NCBI GenBank assembly: GCA_026707815.1
Contig: JAPOWB010000003.1
Span: 131,380-195,379 of the forward strand
Source of the DNA: Candidatus Saccharimonadota bacterium
GTDB taxonomy: Bacteria > Patescibacteriota > Saccharimonadia > Saccharimonadales > VXPC01
Direction: 5' to 3'
Length of the DNA stretch: 64,000 nucleotides
Position 1 is the first letter of the stretch; each line of letters starts with the position of its first letter. A model generated the notes under the pieces. It searched no databases, was not told the DNA's origin, and saw nothing but the letters and a program-made list of their open reading frames with translations. Positions 17,922 through 27,139 of this stretch are shown here, piece by piece. Made by a program: the position numbers and the translations under genes.

Positions 17922-18536
17922 ATGTTTAATAAAGTTAGAAAGATTGCTCAACAAAGCGGTTTTACCGGCATTGAGTTATTGATGGTCTTAGTAATTGTCA
18001 TTATTGTGGCAGTTTTGGTCACCAATAATATTCAACAAGCTAATGCTAAAGCCCGAGACTTGGAAAGACGGAGCGATATCAATGCTATTCATGATGCCTT
18101 GGAAGATTATTGGCATCTCAATGAAGCTTATCCCGGTGATTTGAATGGTGTTAGCATTGATGAAGCCAATACACTCGATCCTAGTGGTAATTCCATTATT
18201 GCCAACCCAGCTGAAGCTTCAACGCATAAGCCTGTCAGCAGTTACGCTGTTGATCAGCCTCAAAATGAATATACCTATGCTCCCTATAATTGTGAAATCA
18301 GCCAAATTGATCATGTAGCTGATGATCAACAAGAAACTGAAATTGAAGAAGACCCTATAGATATTATTGTCGATGGTTGTCAACAATACGTCTTATATAG
18401 TTGGCTAGAAGTTGCTGAAGAAAATGCAACTACTTATGAGAGAACTAATAGCCATAATCTCCAAATTGTTTTAGAGGAAGAATCTCCAAGTGATCAGTCT
18501 GAAGACGTAATTGAAGAAAACGAAAATAGCTTATAA
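17922..18536 (+). CDS. Type IV pilin-like protein (prepilin N-terminal cleavage/methylation domain)
   Basis: MFNKVRKIAQQSG|FTGIELLMVLVIVIIVAVLV has Gly at -1, Glu at +5 and a hydrophobic helix. The C-terminus is acidic. Confidence 0.8.
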   Translation: MFNKVRKIAQQSGFTGIELLMVLVIVIIVAVLVTNNIQQANAKARDLERRSDINAIHDALEDYWHLNEAYPGDLNGVSIDEANTLDPSGNSIIANPAEASTHKPVSSYAVDQPQNEYTYAPYNCEISQIDHVADDQQETEIEEDPIDIIVDGCQQYVLYSWLEVAEENATTYERTNSHNLQIVLEEESPSDQSEDVIEENENSL

Positions 18537-18615
18537 TCTTTTGTCGTATCTCTATCTTCAATTAAAGCCCTCTGTCTCATTAGCGGAAATTGTCGTTGCT
18601 TGCTAATTGCTAAAA

Positions 18616-19266
18616 TTAATCAACGACAATATTATAGTCTCGAGTAAATTGCATGCGAGTTTGCATTAGGATTTTAATAAAATATTCAGGATTTGGGCAG
18701 TATATAAAGACAAAATTCGCCTGTTCACCAGAAGTTTCGATAGTGAGAGTTCCATAGTTTAATAAATGAGCAAAAAATCCAGATCGGATGACTGTTACAT
18801 CCTCTATATCAACTAAATTTAAAGTGGAAATCTTGGTTGAGAATAAGGCTGTTCTTTGTCGTTGACAAACTTCTAATTGATTGATGATTAGCTGGTTATC
18901 GGTATAAATCTTGTGGATGACCACAAAGATAGCCAGCAAGATAAAGATAGCCAGCAAGATACCCAAAAAAGATAGATCGGACAAAGTGCGGTCAGTAACC
19001 GTCATTAAGGTTAAAATTACGAATAGACTGAGTCCTAAAAGACAGACAGCATAAATAACAACTAGACCAAACCAATGTCTCTTAACGACTATGATTTGTT
19101 GATTGTCTGGTTGGGGTGATTTTAATTTTGAATGAGTTGAGGGATTTAGGGGCTTAGTTTGTTTGGTTGAGGTTTTCTGGGATTGGGACAGATTAGTAGC
19201 TTTAGCTCTGGTCTTGGATTGAGTTTTAGAACTTGATTTGGGTGCTTTAGACTGGGCTTTAGCCAT
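18616..19266 (-). CDS. Membrane protein with bacterial PH domain (bPH_2/YdbT-like)
   Basis: A basic disordered N-terminus, then KRHWFGLVV with two TM helices, then IEDVTVIRSGFFAHLLNYGTLTIETSG, typical of DUF304/bPH_2. Confidence 0.6.
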   Translation of the reverse strand: MAKAQSKAPKSSSKTQSKTRAKATNLSQSQKTSTKQTKPLNPSTHSKLKSPQPDNQQIIVVKRHWFGLVVIYAVCLLGLSLFVILTLMTVTDRTLSDLSFLGILLAIFILLAIFVVIHKIYTDNQLIINQLEVCQRQRTALFSTKISTLNLVDIEDVTVIRSGFFAHLLNYGTLTIETSGEQANFVFIYCPNPEYFIKILMQTRMQFTRDYNIVVD

Positions 19267-19384
19267 TGTATTTAAATTTTAGCCTATATATTCAATTATA
19301 TGTCAAAGACATAGATTTCTTTAAAAGATTCACTTAGTGCTGGTTGTTAGACAGCATATCTTTTTGATCCAAAAAGGCCCTTGC

Positions 19385-19900
19385 CTATTTTTTAGAAACC
19401 ACAGCTTGATAAGACTTAATGCTATGAGTTAAAGCGACGGCCAAACCGTCGGCATGATTATCATTTTTGATTTTATCGGGCAAATTCAAGGCCTTTTGGA
19501 CTTCGGTTTTAATTTGAGCTTTAGTAGCTCGACCATAACCAGTCATAGTTAATTTAACTTGCAAAGGCGTATATTCAACAATCTCTAAATTCTTTTGCTG
19601 GCAAGCTAGCATTAAGACTCCCTGAGCTTGAGCAACCTGAATCCCAGAAGTAATGTTTTTAAAAAAGAATAATTTCTCCATGCTAATAATTTCTGGTTGA
19701 AATTCATCAATAATCTCCAATAGTCGCTGATGAATAATAGCCAGTCGTCGAGAAATAACATCATCCTTAGAGGTGCTGATAATACCTCCAGCCAAACATT
19801 GATGGTCTTGCCCATCACTTGAAATCATGCCCCAACCGACAGTTTCTAGTCCTGGATCGATGCCTAAAATTTTTAAAGAAACGGGTTTAGTCTTAACCAT
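19385..19900 (-). CDS. ruvC: Holliday junction resolvase RuvC
   Basis: ILGIDPGLETVGWG start, an EKLFFFKN region and C-terminal DGLAVALTH. Confidence 0.85.
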   Translation of the reverse strand: MVKTKPVSLKILGIDPGLETVGWGMISSDGQDHQCLAGGIISTSKDDVISRRLAIIHQRLLEIIDEFQPEIISMEKLFFFKNITSGIQVAQAQGVLMLACQQKNLEIVEYTPLQVKLTMTGYGRATKAQIKTEVQKALNLPDKIKNDNHADGLAVALTHSIKSYQAVVSKK

Positions 19901-20603
19901 CTGCTAAATTAGTATATATATTTAAAGAGTCAGGTAGATCTTCTAAAACTGCCAGCAGTTTATTCAATTTGAGTTTTAATAAATCATCAATCTCAAGAGT
20001 AGTTTTTGGTTTATAAGTCAGACCAGCATGTTCAATTTGAATATTTTGATCTTTGATAGCTTCAACTAGGCGATGGAAATCTTTGACTGGACAAAGAAGA
20101 CTGTAGGTTCGATTATCAATTTCAGAAATATCTTCAACTCCCAACTCCAAAAACTGAAGCATTTGATCATCATCTAAATCAGTGACTATAATTTCACCGA
20201 GATGCTGAAAATTAAAAATAACTGAGCCGACATCAGCGATACTGCCCCCATACTTGCTTAAACTAGCTTTAATTTCTGGATAAGTACGTTTGCGATTATT
20301 GGTCGCACACTGGATTAATAAAGCGACTCCGCCATGAGCATAAGCCTCATAAACAATCTCTTCTAAAGCTTCAGCTGATTTATCAGCTACTCGTTTAACA
20401 GCTCTATCAATAGTCGATTGAGGCATATTAAAAGATCTAGCCGTCTCAATGGCTAGAGCTAAACTTGTGTTGGTTGAAGGATCTGTGCCTTGCCGAGCGG
20501 CAATGGCAATTTGATTACCCAACTTAGTGAAAACTGTCCCTCTCTTAGCATCATTGCTAGCTTTATCTCGCTTAATTTTTGCCCACTTACTGTGTCCAGC
20601 CAT
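19893..20603 (-). CDS. yebC: YebC/PmpR-family DNA-binding regulator
   Basis: MAGHSKWAKIKRDKASNDAKRG is the signature N-terminus. Confidence 0.9.
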   Translation of the reverse strand: MAGHSKWAKIKRDKASNDAKRGTVFTKLGNQIAIAARQGTDPSTNTSLALAIETARSFNMPQSTIDRAVKRVADKSAEALEEIVYEAYAHGGVALLIQCATNNRKRTYPEIKASLSKYGGSIADVGSVIFNFQHLGEIIVTDLDDDQMLQFLELGVEDISEIDNRTYSLLCPVKDFHRLVEAIKDQNIQIEHAGLTYKPKTTLEIDDLLKLKLNKLLAVLEDLPDSLNIYTNLADG

Positions 20604-20678
20604 GTCTTTTAATTGTAACTTATAATCTTCATTTTAGTCTTTGATTAAAATTGATTACTCGCTCTTTTAGAGAGTAGA

Positions 20679-21275
20679 CTAGGTAATATTAAAAGCTAAA
20701 CCAGATTGATTTAAATCTAAATTGGTTAAATTAGCTAGAATAACTCCGAAAGCTAAAATATCGGCTAAATAAACTTGCTGGAATTTAGTATAGTTTTGAT
20801 GTTCTATAGCTTCTGCTAAACGACCGTTTAATTTAATAAGATGTAAGGTATGATGTCTTAATTGCTGACTGGCTGACCAATTCATAACCTGCTGGTGAAA
20901 TAAATAATCATGCAAAGCCTGAGCTTGTTGAATTTCATGCCAGTTGGTAGTCTGTTCTATATGAAAAGAAGGGCTTGATTGATGATTTGAAATTTTAGAT
21001 GTATTAGAGGATCTTGATTCCAATTCTGACAGCCTATTGGCATAAGCTTGTTTTAAATCAACTTGCCAATAATCTGCCATATCCCCAGCTAAAGATATTA
21101 AGTTCTGAGCAACAATTTGCGCTTGGTCAAACTGTAGCTCTTGGTTATTAGCATGTATATTGTCTGCAATGAAAAGATCAACTAAACTAATAGTCTCAAC
21201 CAACAAACGTCGCCCAAATACTTCAACTCGGACTAAACTTAATTCAGGGGTATGTGACTCGTACATTTGAAACAA
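20679..21275 (-). CDS. Hypothetical protein (198 aa)
   Basis: ORF only; helical, no motif confidently recognised. Confidence 0.35.
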   Translation of the reverse strand: MFQMYESHTPELSLVRVEVFGRRLLVETISLVDLFIADNIHANNQELQFDQAQIVAQNLISLAGDMADYWQVDLKQAYANRLSELESRSSNTSKISNHQSSPSFHIEQTTNWHEIQQAQALHDYLFHQQVMNWSASQQLRHHTLHLIKLNGRLAEAIEHQNYTKFQQVYLADILAFGVILANLTNLDLNQSGLAFNIT

Positions 21276-21295
21276 TTATATCATTGGCTTAATGA

Positions 21296-21625
21296 GTTGA
21301 AATTATTGCAGAGGCCATCGGAATTAAATCACATTTTTCATGTAATGATACTATCTTTACCTCAAACTCTAATAATTCAGCTAGAGAGAGATTGACAGGG
21401 CGAAGTCTGTATAGATTAGTCAAATCTCTTTTAAAAGAGCTGAATATAGATAAAGATATTCATAGTTTCAGACATTTTTTTGTTACCCAATTAATAGACA
21501 ATGGTTTTGAAATTATGCAGACAATGAAACTATCAAGGCATAAATCTTTACCGATGATGCAGGTTTATTATGATGAAAGGCAAAGCCTTGAATTTACTGA
21601 TGAAATGTTAAATAGTTTGAGATAG
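21296..21625 (+). pseudogene. C-terminal fragment of a tyrosine recombinase/integrase
   Basis: The open frame from 21296 has no plausible N-terminal domain. It reads LTGRSLYRLVKSLLKELNIDKDIHSFRHFFVTQLIDNGFEIMQTMKLSRHKSLPMMQVYYD, giving HxxR, a second His and a catalytic Tyr context. Confidence 0.7.
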
Positions 21626-21675
21626 AAATTAGTATGAGTGATATCCCTAAACAATGCTAAGAGATTTATGCTGGA

Positions 21676-21861
21676 GTGGTTAGCTTGATGTCTAATTACA
21701 AGCAATACCTTACCCAAGCCGAAGCAGATGCCTTTTTAAAATCAGTTGATGTCAATAGAGATAAACACATATCCCTTGCAGTAAAGAGTAAGCAAGGTTT
21801 AGATGCTATTACGAGTATTGCTTTAGGGGTTACTGGGTTATGTGGGGGGGGGCAGTATTGA
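21676..21861 (+). CDS. Hypothetical protein (61 aa) ending in a G9 tract
   Basis: ORF only. The last codons tgt ggg ggg ggg cag tat tga contain the homopolymer. Confidence 0.3.
   Translation: MVSLMSNYKQYLTQAEADAFLKSVDVNRDKHISLAVKSKQGLDAITSIALGVTGLCGGGQY
21844..21852 (+). repeat. G9 homopolymer tract 5 nt upstream of the -35 of the cassette promoter
   Basis: tgtGGGGGGGGGcagtaTTGATT. Confidence 0.95.
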
Positions 21862-21886
21862 TTTTTATCTGTAAAAATGATATAAT
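21858..21886 (+). promoter_or_regulatory. Sigma70-type promoter with extended -10 for CDS 21898-22455 (copy of 2399-2427)
   Basis: TTGATT, identical 17-nt spacer tttatctgtaaaaatga and TATAAT, then 11 nt to ATG 21898. Confidence 0.7.
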
Positions 21887-21897
21887 AACTTCTTATA

Positions 21898-22455
21898 ATG
21901 ATAAATAAAAATACTATTAAATTTCCTACAGATAATATAGAAAGACAATATAATGCTGATGATAATTTAGAAAGACATACCTATATTCGTATGATGGTAA
22001 AAAATAAATTAAACAACACCCTTAAATTTTCTAGAAATAATATAGAAAGACACTATGATGCTCTTGGTAATTTAAAAGGATATACCAGCTATGAATATAA
22101 TGATGATGATAGGTTAAAGTCGTATACCGAGGTTAAATGTGATGCTAATGGTAATCCGATTAAACAAGAACGATATGATGCTGATGGTCATTTAAAAGGA
22201 TATACCAACTATGAATATAATCGTGATGGTAGGTTAAAGTCGTATACCAAGTTTGAATGTGATGGTAATCTGATTACAAAAGAATACTATTATGCTAATG
22301 GTGAGAGGTTGAACAAAGAATACAAAGAATACTATGATACTGATGGTAGGTTAAAGTTCTATTTTAGGTATGAATATAATGGTGATGGTGATTTGATTGC
22401 AAAAGACAGCTATACTGGTGATGGTGATTTAGTAAATACCACGTATTACCACTAA
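21898..22455 (+). CDS. YD-like repeat protein without signal peptide
   Basis: Repeats YDALGNLKGYTSYEYNDDDRLKSY, CDANGNPIKQERYDADGHLKGY... and a C-terminus DGDLVNTTYYH. Confidence 0.75.
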   Translation: MINKNTIKFPTDNIERQYNADDNLERHTYIRMMVKNKLNNTLKFSRNNIERHYDALGNLKGYTSYEYNDDDRLKSYTEVKCDANGNPIKQERYDADGHLKGYTNYEYNRDGRLKSYTKFECDGNLITKEYYYANGERLNKEYKEYYDTDGRLKFYFRYEYNGDGDLIAKDSYTGDGDLVNTTYYH

Positions 22456-22493
22456 TTGATTTTTACCCCATAAAAAGTATATAACCCTAATAA

Positions 22494-22525
22494 CCCCCCC
22501 CCTTAATTAGGGGGTTTTGTTTTTT
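22494..22525 (+). terminator. Intrinsic terminator-like hairpin whose 5' arm is a C9 tract
   Basis: CCCCCCCCC-TTAATTA-GGGGG followed by TTTTGTTTTTT. Lies between the two cassette genes. Confidence 0.65.
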
Positions 22526-22556
22526 GGTAATTGATTATGAGATATACTTATAATCA

Positions 22557-23531
22557 ATGAATAAAAAGCTAATCATTATTCTTGCCAGCATCATTGTCTT
22601 ACTGGTTGGGATAGGTATAACCATCTATGCTTTAACTAGTGATGATGAAGTAAAAATAGTAAAATCTGATGATACTACAAACAATACGCCAGATACAGAT
22701 AAAGAAGCTCAAACTAGTAAGCCAGTTGATACTACTAAAGAAGTAAAGCCAGTTGATAAAGCTCCAGCTGATGCCCCCAAAGATAAAACAGAATGTCCTA
22801 AAGATACAGATTACAGAAAACATACTTGTGATACTGGTGGCAATGTGATTAAATCAGAAATCTATGATGATGGTAAGTTAGGGGGGTATGTTCAGTTTGA
22901 ATACAATGCTAATGGTAAGTTGATTAAACAAGATGTTTATGATACTGATGGTAATTTGGCTTGGACTGAACACTATGATGTAGATGGTAATTTGATTGAA
23001 ACTATCTCACATAAAGATAAAACAGAATGCCCTAAAGATACAGATATCAAAAAATATATTTGTGATGCTGATGGTAATGTGATTAAAAGAGAACACTATG
23101 ATGTTGATGGTAAGTTAAAGTGGTATTACAAATATGAATATGATGCTGACGGCAATGTGATTAAAAGAGAATGGCATAATTATAATGCTGATGGTAAGTT
23201 AAGGGGGTATTACAAATATGAATATGATGCTGATGGTAATGAGATTAAATATGAACACTATGATACTGATGGTAATTTAAGGGGATATAATAAGTCTGAA
23301 TATGATGCTGATGGTAATAGAGTTAAATTTGAATACTATGGTGCTGATGGTAATCTTATTCAGCAAGACCACTATGATGCTGATGGTAATGTGATTAAAA
23401 GAGAAAACTATGACGCTGATGGTAATTCAAAGGGATATGAGAAGTATGAATATGATGCTGATGGTAATCAGATTAAATCAGAATGGTTTGATGGTGATGG
23501 TAAGTTGATAAATACTAGGTATTACCACTAA
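22557..23531 (+). CDS. Membrane-anchored YD-like repeat protein with internal module duplication
   Basis: The leader MNKKLIIILASIIVLLVGIGITIYALTS matches CDS 1825-2319. The KDKTECPKDTD..C.. module occurs twice (nt ~22781 and ~23013). Long run of YEYDADGNxIKxE / YDxDGKLxGYYK repeats, ending DGDGKLINTRYYH. Confidence 0.8.
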   Translation: MNKKLIIILASIIVLLVGIGITIYALTSDDEVKIVKSDDTTNNTPDTDKEAQTSKPVDTTKEVKPVDKAPADAPKDKTECPKDTDYRKHTCDTGGNVIKSEIYDDGKLGGYVQFEYNANGKLIKQDVYDTDGNLAWTEHYDVDGNLIETISHKDKTECPKDTDIKKYICDADGNVIKREHYDVDGKLKWYYKYEYDADGNVIKREWHNYNADGKLRGYYKYEYDADGNEIKYEHYDTDGNLRGYNKSEYDADGNRVKFEYYGADGNLIQQDHYDADGNVIKRENYDADGNSKGYEKYEYDADGNQIKSEWFDGDGKLINTRYYH

Positions 23532-23559
23532 TTGATTTTTAACCTATAAAAATATATAA

Positions 23560-23590
23560 CCCCCTTTTTTTAATTAGGGGTTTTTATTCT
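23560..23590 (+). terminator. Intrinsic terminator-like hairpin
   Basis: CCCCCTTTTTTTAATTAGGGG followed by TTTTTATT, homologous to the 22494-22525 element. Confidence 0.5.
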
Positions 23591-23663
23591 GATTATTTAA
23601 AAGGATTAAAAGGCGATTTACTAATTAAATTATCTAATAAAGTGGAAGAATCTATTCTAAATT

Positions 23664-23739
23664 TGGTGGGTCGTCTGGGACTCGAACCCAGGGCACACGG
23701 GTTAAAAGCCCGTTGCTCTACCAGCTGAGCTAACGACCC
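23664..23739 (-). tRNA. tRNA-Lys (anticodon UUU), CCA encoded
   Basis: Reverse complement gggtcgttagctcagctggtagagcaacgggcttttaacccgtgtgccctgggttcgagtcccagacgacccacca folds as a cloverleaf: 7-bp acceptor, D arm gctc/gagc, anticodon stem acggg/cccgt with loop cuUUUaa, T arm ctggg/cccag. Confidence 0.95.
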
Positions 23740-23816
23740 TGATTAGACAAACTTATTATACGATAATAGTTAAAATTTTTTGGGATTAGAGATTCTTTCA
23801 TCAATGGAACTTTTTT

Positions 23817-24875
23817 TTAAACATTTTTAAAATCTTTTAAAAGTTGCTTCTGTTGAGAATTAAGCTTCTTAGGAATTTCGACAATGATTTGAACAATATG
23901 TGAGCCTCGCCCTTTGCCTCTAAGATGAGGAACTCCCCTATTTTCCAGTTTAAAATCTGTACCAGATTGAGTTCCAGCTGGAATTTTTAGCTTAATAGCT
24001 TCGTCATCTATAGTCTGAACTTCAATAGTATCTCCTAGGGCTGCTTGGATCATATCTATGACTTGTTCGCTTAAAATTAAATCTCCTTCTCTAGTAAAAT
24101 GTTTATCTGGACGAACTGTAATGACTGCATACAAATCCCCTGCCACTCCTTGGCGATTCTTTTCACCCTGACCTCTCAGCCTGATAGTTGCTCCATCTTC
24201 AATACCAGCCGGTATAAGTAAGTTAACCACTTTATTTTGCTGAGAAACTCCTTGACCTTGGCAGTCTCGACAAGGCGTTTTAATATCACTACCAATACCT
24301 TGACAATCTGAACAAGTGACTGCTTGCTGAATATTGCCCAGCATGGTCTTCATGATACGAACTCTTTGACCGCTTCCCCGACAAGTTTCACAAGTCTCAA
24401 CTTTAGTATTGGGTTCAGCTCTTTGTCCATGACAATGATGACAGATATCATTGATGGATAAAGAAATCTCCTTTTCTATACCAAAAACAGCTTCTTTAAA
24501 ATCTAGTTCAATAACCACTTCAATATCTCGGCCTGATTTTGGGGCTTGACTCCGTCCCATGCCCCCAAAAAAACTAAAAATATCACCTAAGCCACCTTCA
24601 CCGAAGTTAAAGCTAAAGCCTTGATCGGGATCAAAGCCAGCTTGATTAAAACCAGCTTGACCACCTAAACCAGCTTGACCGAATTGATCATAACGTTGAC
24701 GTTTGTCTGGATTGCTTAAAACCTCATAAGCTTCATTAATTTCCTTGAATTTAACTTCGTCGCCGCCTTGATCGGGATGATGCTTAACAGCTTGCCGTCG
24801 GAAAGCCTTTTTGATTTCATCAACTGAAGCATCTTTCTTGACTCCTAAAATATTGTAATAATTCTTCTCGGACAT
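23817..24875 (-). CDS. dnaJ: Chaperone DnaJ
   Basis: J domain (YYNILGV...HPDQ), G/F-rich linker and four CxxCxGxG zinc-finger repeats. Confidence 0.95.
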   Translation of the reverse strand: MSEKNYYNILGVKKDASVDEIKKAFRRQAVKHHPDQGGDEVKFKEINEAYEVLSNPDKRQRYDQFGQAGLGGQAGFNQAGFDPDQGFSFNFGEGGLGDIFSFFGGMGRSQAPKSGRDIEVVIELDFKEAVFGIEKEISLSINDICHHCHGQRAEPNTKVETCETCRGSGQRVRIMKTMLGNIQQAVTCSDCQGIGSDIKTPCRDCQGQGVSQQNKVVNLLIPAGIEDGATIRLRGQGEKNRQGVAGDLYAVITVRPDKHFTREGDLILSEQVIDMIQAALGDTIEVQTIDDEAIKLKIPAGTQSGTDFKLENRGVPHLRGKGRGSHIVQIIVEIPKKLNSQQKQLLKDFKNV

Positions 24876-25042
24876 CTAATCTAACATTTAAATACGCATA
24901 TTTTCTTTCAAAAAGAAAGAGGTTGGCATCTGCTCTTGCCCCTTAGGGCGATTTTAAAAAATCAAGAGTTGAGCCTCTTTATTTTATTGCATGAAAGACC
25001 ACCAAATCTCTTTTATTTTAGCAGAGTTTCCGTGAGCGATAA

Positions 25043-27010
25043 TTATTTTTTATCTTCTTCGACAATTTCACCCTCGACAGCTTCGGTCTCCCTCTTTTTA
25101 CCCTTAGATTGTTTGGCAGATGACGAAGATTTTTTATCAGTAGTCTTATCTTTGTCGGCAGTAGCTTGATCATCCTTAGTTGCTTCAGCAATTTTAGTCA
25201 ACATTGGCATGATAGCCTCAGATAAAGTCTTAGTTGCCTGCTCTAAGTCATCAGCTGATGCTTTGTCGTTGTTGGCAGTTTCTTTAGCAATTTCAATGGC
25301 TTTTTGGAAAGCTTCTTGATCAGCTTGATCAATGTTCTTCTTAAAGCCATCTTCTTTAATCATCGATTCAGCTTGGTACAAGCTGGAATCTAGCTGGTTG
25401 CGAGCTTCTGAAGTAGCTCGTTTACGTTTATCTTCGTCAGCATGAATTTCAGCATCTTTTTGAGCTTTGGTAATATCCTCTTTAGAAAGATTACCGGAAT
25501 CAGAAATAGTAATGCTTTGCTCTTTGCCGGAAGTTTTATCTTTGGCTGAGACATTCAAAATACCGTTAGCATCAATACTAAAAGTGACTTCTATTTGAGG
25601 TGTTCCACGAGGAGCTGGAGCAATACCAGTCAATTGAAAGACACCTAATTTTTTGTTATCAGCTGACATTTCTCTTTCCCCTTGTAAAACCACGATTTCA
25701 ACTGCTGGCTGATTGTCAGCCGCCGTAGAAAAAATCTCATTCTTGGTGGTTGGAATAGTGCTATTGCGATCTATTAAGTTGGTTTTAATACCTCCCATGG
25801 TTTCAATGCCTAAACTCAAAGGCGTGACATCTAAAAGTAAAACATCTCGAACATCGCCACCCAAAACTCCACCTTGAATAGCAGCTCCTAGAGCGACTAC
25901 CTCGTCGGGATTAACTCCCTTGAGAGGTTCTTTGCCAAAAATATCAGCAACTTTCTTTTGAACAGATGGCATACGAGTCATACCACCAACTAAGATGATG
26001 GCATCGATATCGGAAGCTTTAAAACCAGCATCCTTTAAGGCTTGTTGACAAGGCTGAGTGGTTCGATCGACTAAGTCGGCTACTAATTCTTCCAATTTAG
26101 CTCGAGTCAATTTGTATTCAAAGTGAACAGCCCCACTATCATCAGCTGTTAGAAATGGTAGAGTAACATCAATCGAAGAAGCAGTTGAAAGCTCAATTTT
26201 AGCCTTTTCAGCTTCGTCTCTCAATCTCTGCAAAGCCGCCTTGTCTTTAGTTAGATCAATACCCTTCTCCTTTTTGAAGACTTCTAGTAAATGATTGACA
26301 ATCTCCCGATCAAAGTCAGCTCCACCTAAATGAGTATCACCATTGGTGCTTTTAACTTCAAAAACTCCTTCACCAAGCTCAAGAATTGAAACATCAAAAG
26401 TTCCTCCACCAAGATCATAAACGGCAATTTTTTCATCCGTTTTTTTAGATTTTTCCAAGCCATAAGCTAAAGCGGCGGCAGTCGGCTCATTAATAATTCT
26501 TTTAACTTCCAGACCAGCAATTTTACCGGCATCTTTGGTAGCTTGACGTTGGGAATCATCAAAATATGCTGGAACGGTAATAACTGCTTCATTGATGGCT
26601 TCCCCCAAGAAAGCTTCAGCATCAGCCTTTAATTTAGATAAGATCATGGCGGAAATTTCTTCTGGAGAATATTTCTTCTCACCCATAGCAACTTGAATAC
26701 CTGAACCACTTTTAGAAATTTCGTAAGGCATAATATCAAGATCTTTTTGGACTTCCTTATCTTCAAACTTTCGCCCAATCAAACGCTTAACCTCATAGAT
26801 GGTATTCTTGGGATTGGTCACTGATTGCCGTCGAGCAATCGTTCCAACTAAACGCTCTTCTTTGTTGTTTTCTTTAGCTTTACGAACAGCAACTACGCTT
26901 GGAGTAGTTCTAGCTCCCTCTGTGTTAGCAATAATCTCAGCCTGACCTGATTGCATAATTGCCATAGCTGAATTGGTCGTTCCAAGATCAATGCCTAGTA
27001 TTTTACCCAT
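25043..27010 (-). CDS. dnaK: Chaperone DnaK (Hsp70)
   Basis: [25 protein letters not shown] and so on, with an acidic/lysine-rich C-terminal tail. Confidence 0.97.
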   Translation of the reverse strand: MGKILGIDLGTTNSAMAIMQSGQAEIIANTEGARTTPSVVAVRKAKENNKEERLVGTIARRQSVTNPKNTIYEVKRLIGRKFEDKEVQKDLDIMPYEISKSGSGIQVAMGEKKYSPEEISAMILSKLKADAEAFLGEAINEAVITVPAYFDDSQRQATKDAGKIAGLEVKRIINEPTAAALAYGLEKSKKTDEKIAVYDLGGGTFDVSILELGEGVFEVKSTNGDTHLGGADFDREIVNHLLEVFKKEKGIDLTKDKAALQRLRDEAEKAKIELSTASSIDVTLPFLTADDSGAVHFEYKLTRAKLEELVADLVDRTTQPCQQALKDAGFKASDIDAIILVGGMTRMPSVQKKVADIFGKEPLKGVNPDEVVALGAAIQGGVLGGDVRDVLLLDVTPLSLGIETMGGIKTNLIDRNSTIPTTKNEIFSTAADNQPAVEIVVLQGEREMSADNKKLGVFQLTGIAPAPRGTPQIEVTFSIDANGILNVSAKDKTSGKEQSITISDSGNLSKEDITKAQKDAEIHADEDKRKRATSEARNQLDSSLYQAESMIKEDGFKKNIDQADQEAFQKAIEIAKETANNDKASADDLEQATKTLSEAIMPMLTKIAEATKDDQATADKDKTTDKKSSSSAKQSKGKKRETEAVEGEIVEEDKK

Positions 27011-27064
27011 AATTTTCTCCTTTTTCTTAATAAACTAATATAATTACTTTGTAAAATTCTTAAA

Positions 27065-27091
27065 TTAGCACTCAATAATTATGACTGCCAA
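27065..27091 (-). promoter_or_regulatory. CIRCE-like inverted repeat (HrcA operator) just upstream of dnaK
   Basis: TTAGCACTC-aataattat-GACTGCCAA versus consensus TTAGCACTC-N9-GAGTGCTAA (9/9 and 7/9). Confidence 0.7.
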
Positions 27092-27095
27092 TTTA

Positions 27096-27124
27096 AGTAT
27101 AGCATACTATTTTGGCACTCGCAA
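27096..27124 (-). promoter_or_regulatory. Putative dnaK promoter between the two CIRCE copies
   Basis: On the gene strand: TTGCGA, 17 nt, TATACT. The -35 overlaps CIRCE copy 2 and the -10 lies 4 nt upstream of CIRCE copy 1. Confidence 0.5.
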
Positions 27125-27138
27125 TATTAAAGTGCCAT
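27112..27138 (-). promoter_or_regulatory. Second, more degenerate CIRCE-like inverted repeat abutting the grpE stop
   Basis: TTGGCACTC-gcaatatta-AAGTGCCAT. The core GGCACT/AGTGCC pairs perfectly. Confidence 0.55.
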
Positions 27139-27139
27139 T

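Noticed and set aside
22780-23520. Regular ~39/78-nt periodicity that could be mistaken for a CRISPR array or non-coding tandem repeat
   Set aside because: The periodicity is in-frame coding sequence (13/26-aa YD-like repeats) in one long ORF. There is no repeat-spacer structure and there are no cas genes.
21280-23664. Direct repeat of the tRNA-Lys 3' end (attL/attR) delimiting island 2
   Set aside because: I looked for tggtgggtcgtctgggactcgaaccc-like sequence near 20600-21400 and found none by eye. The element boundary is therefore unproven and the element is probably decayed.
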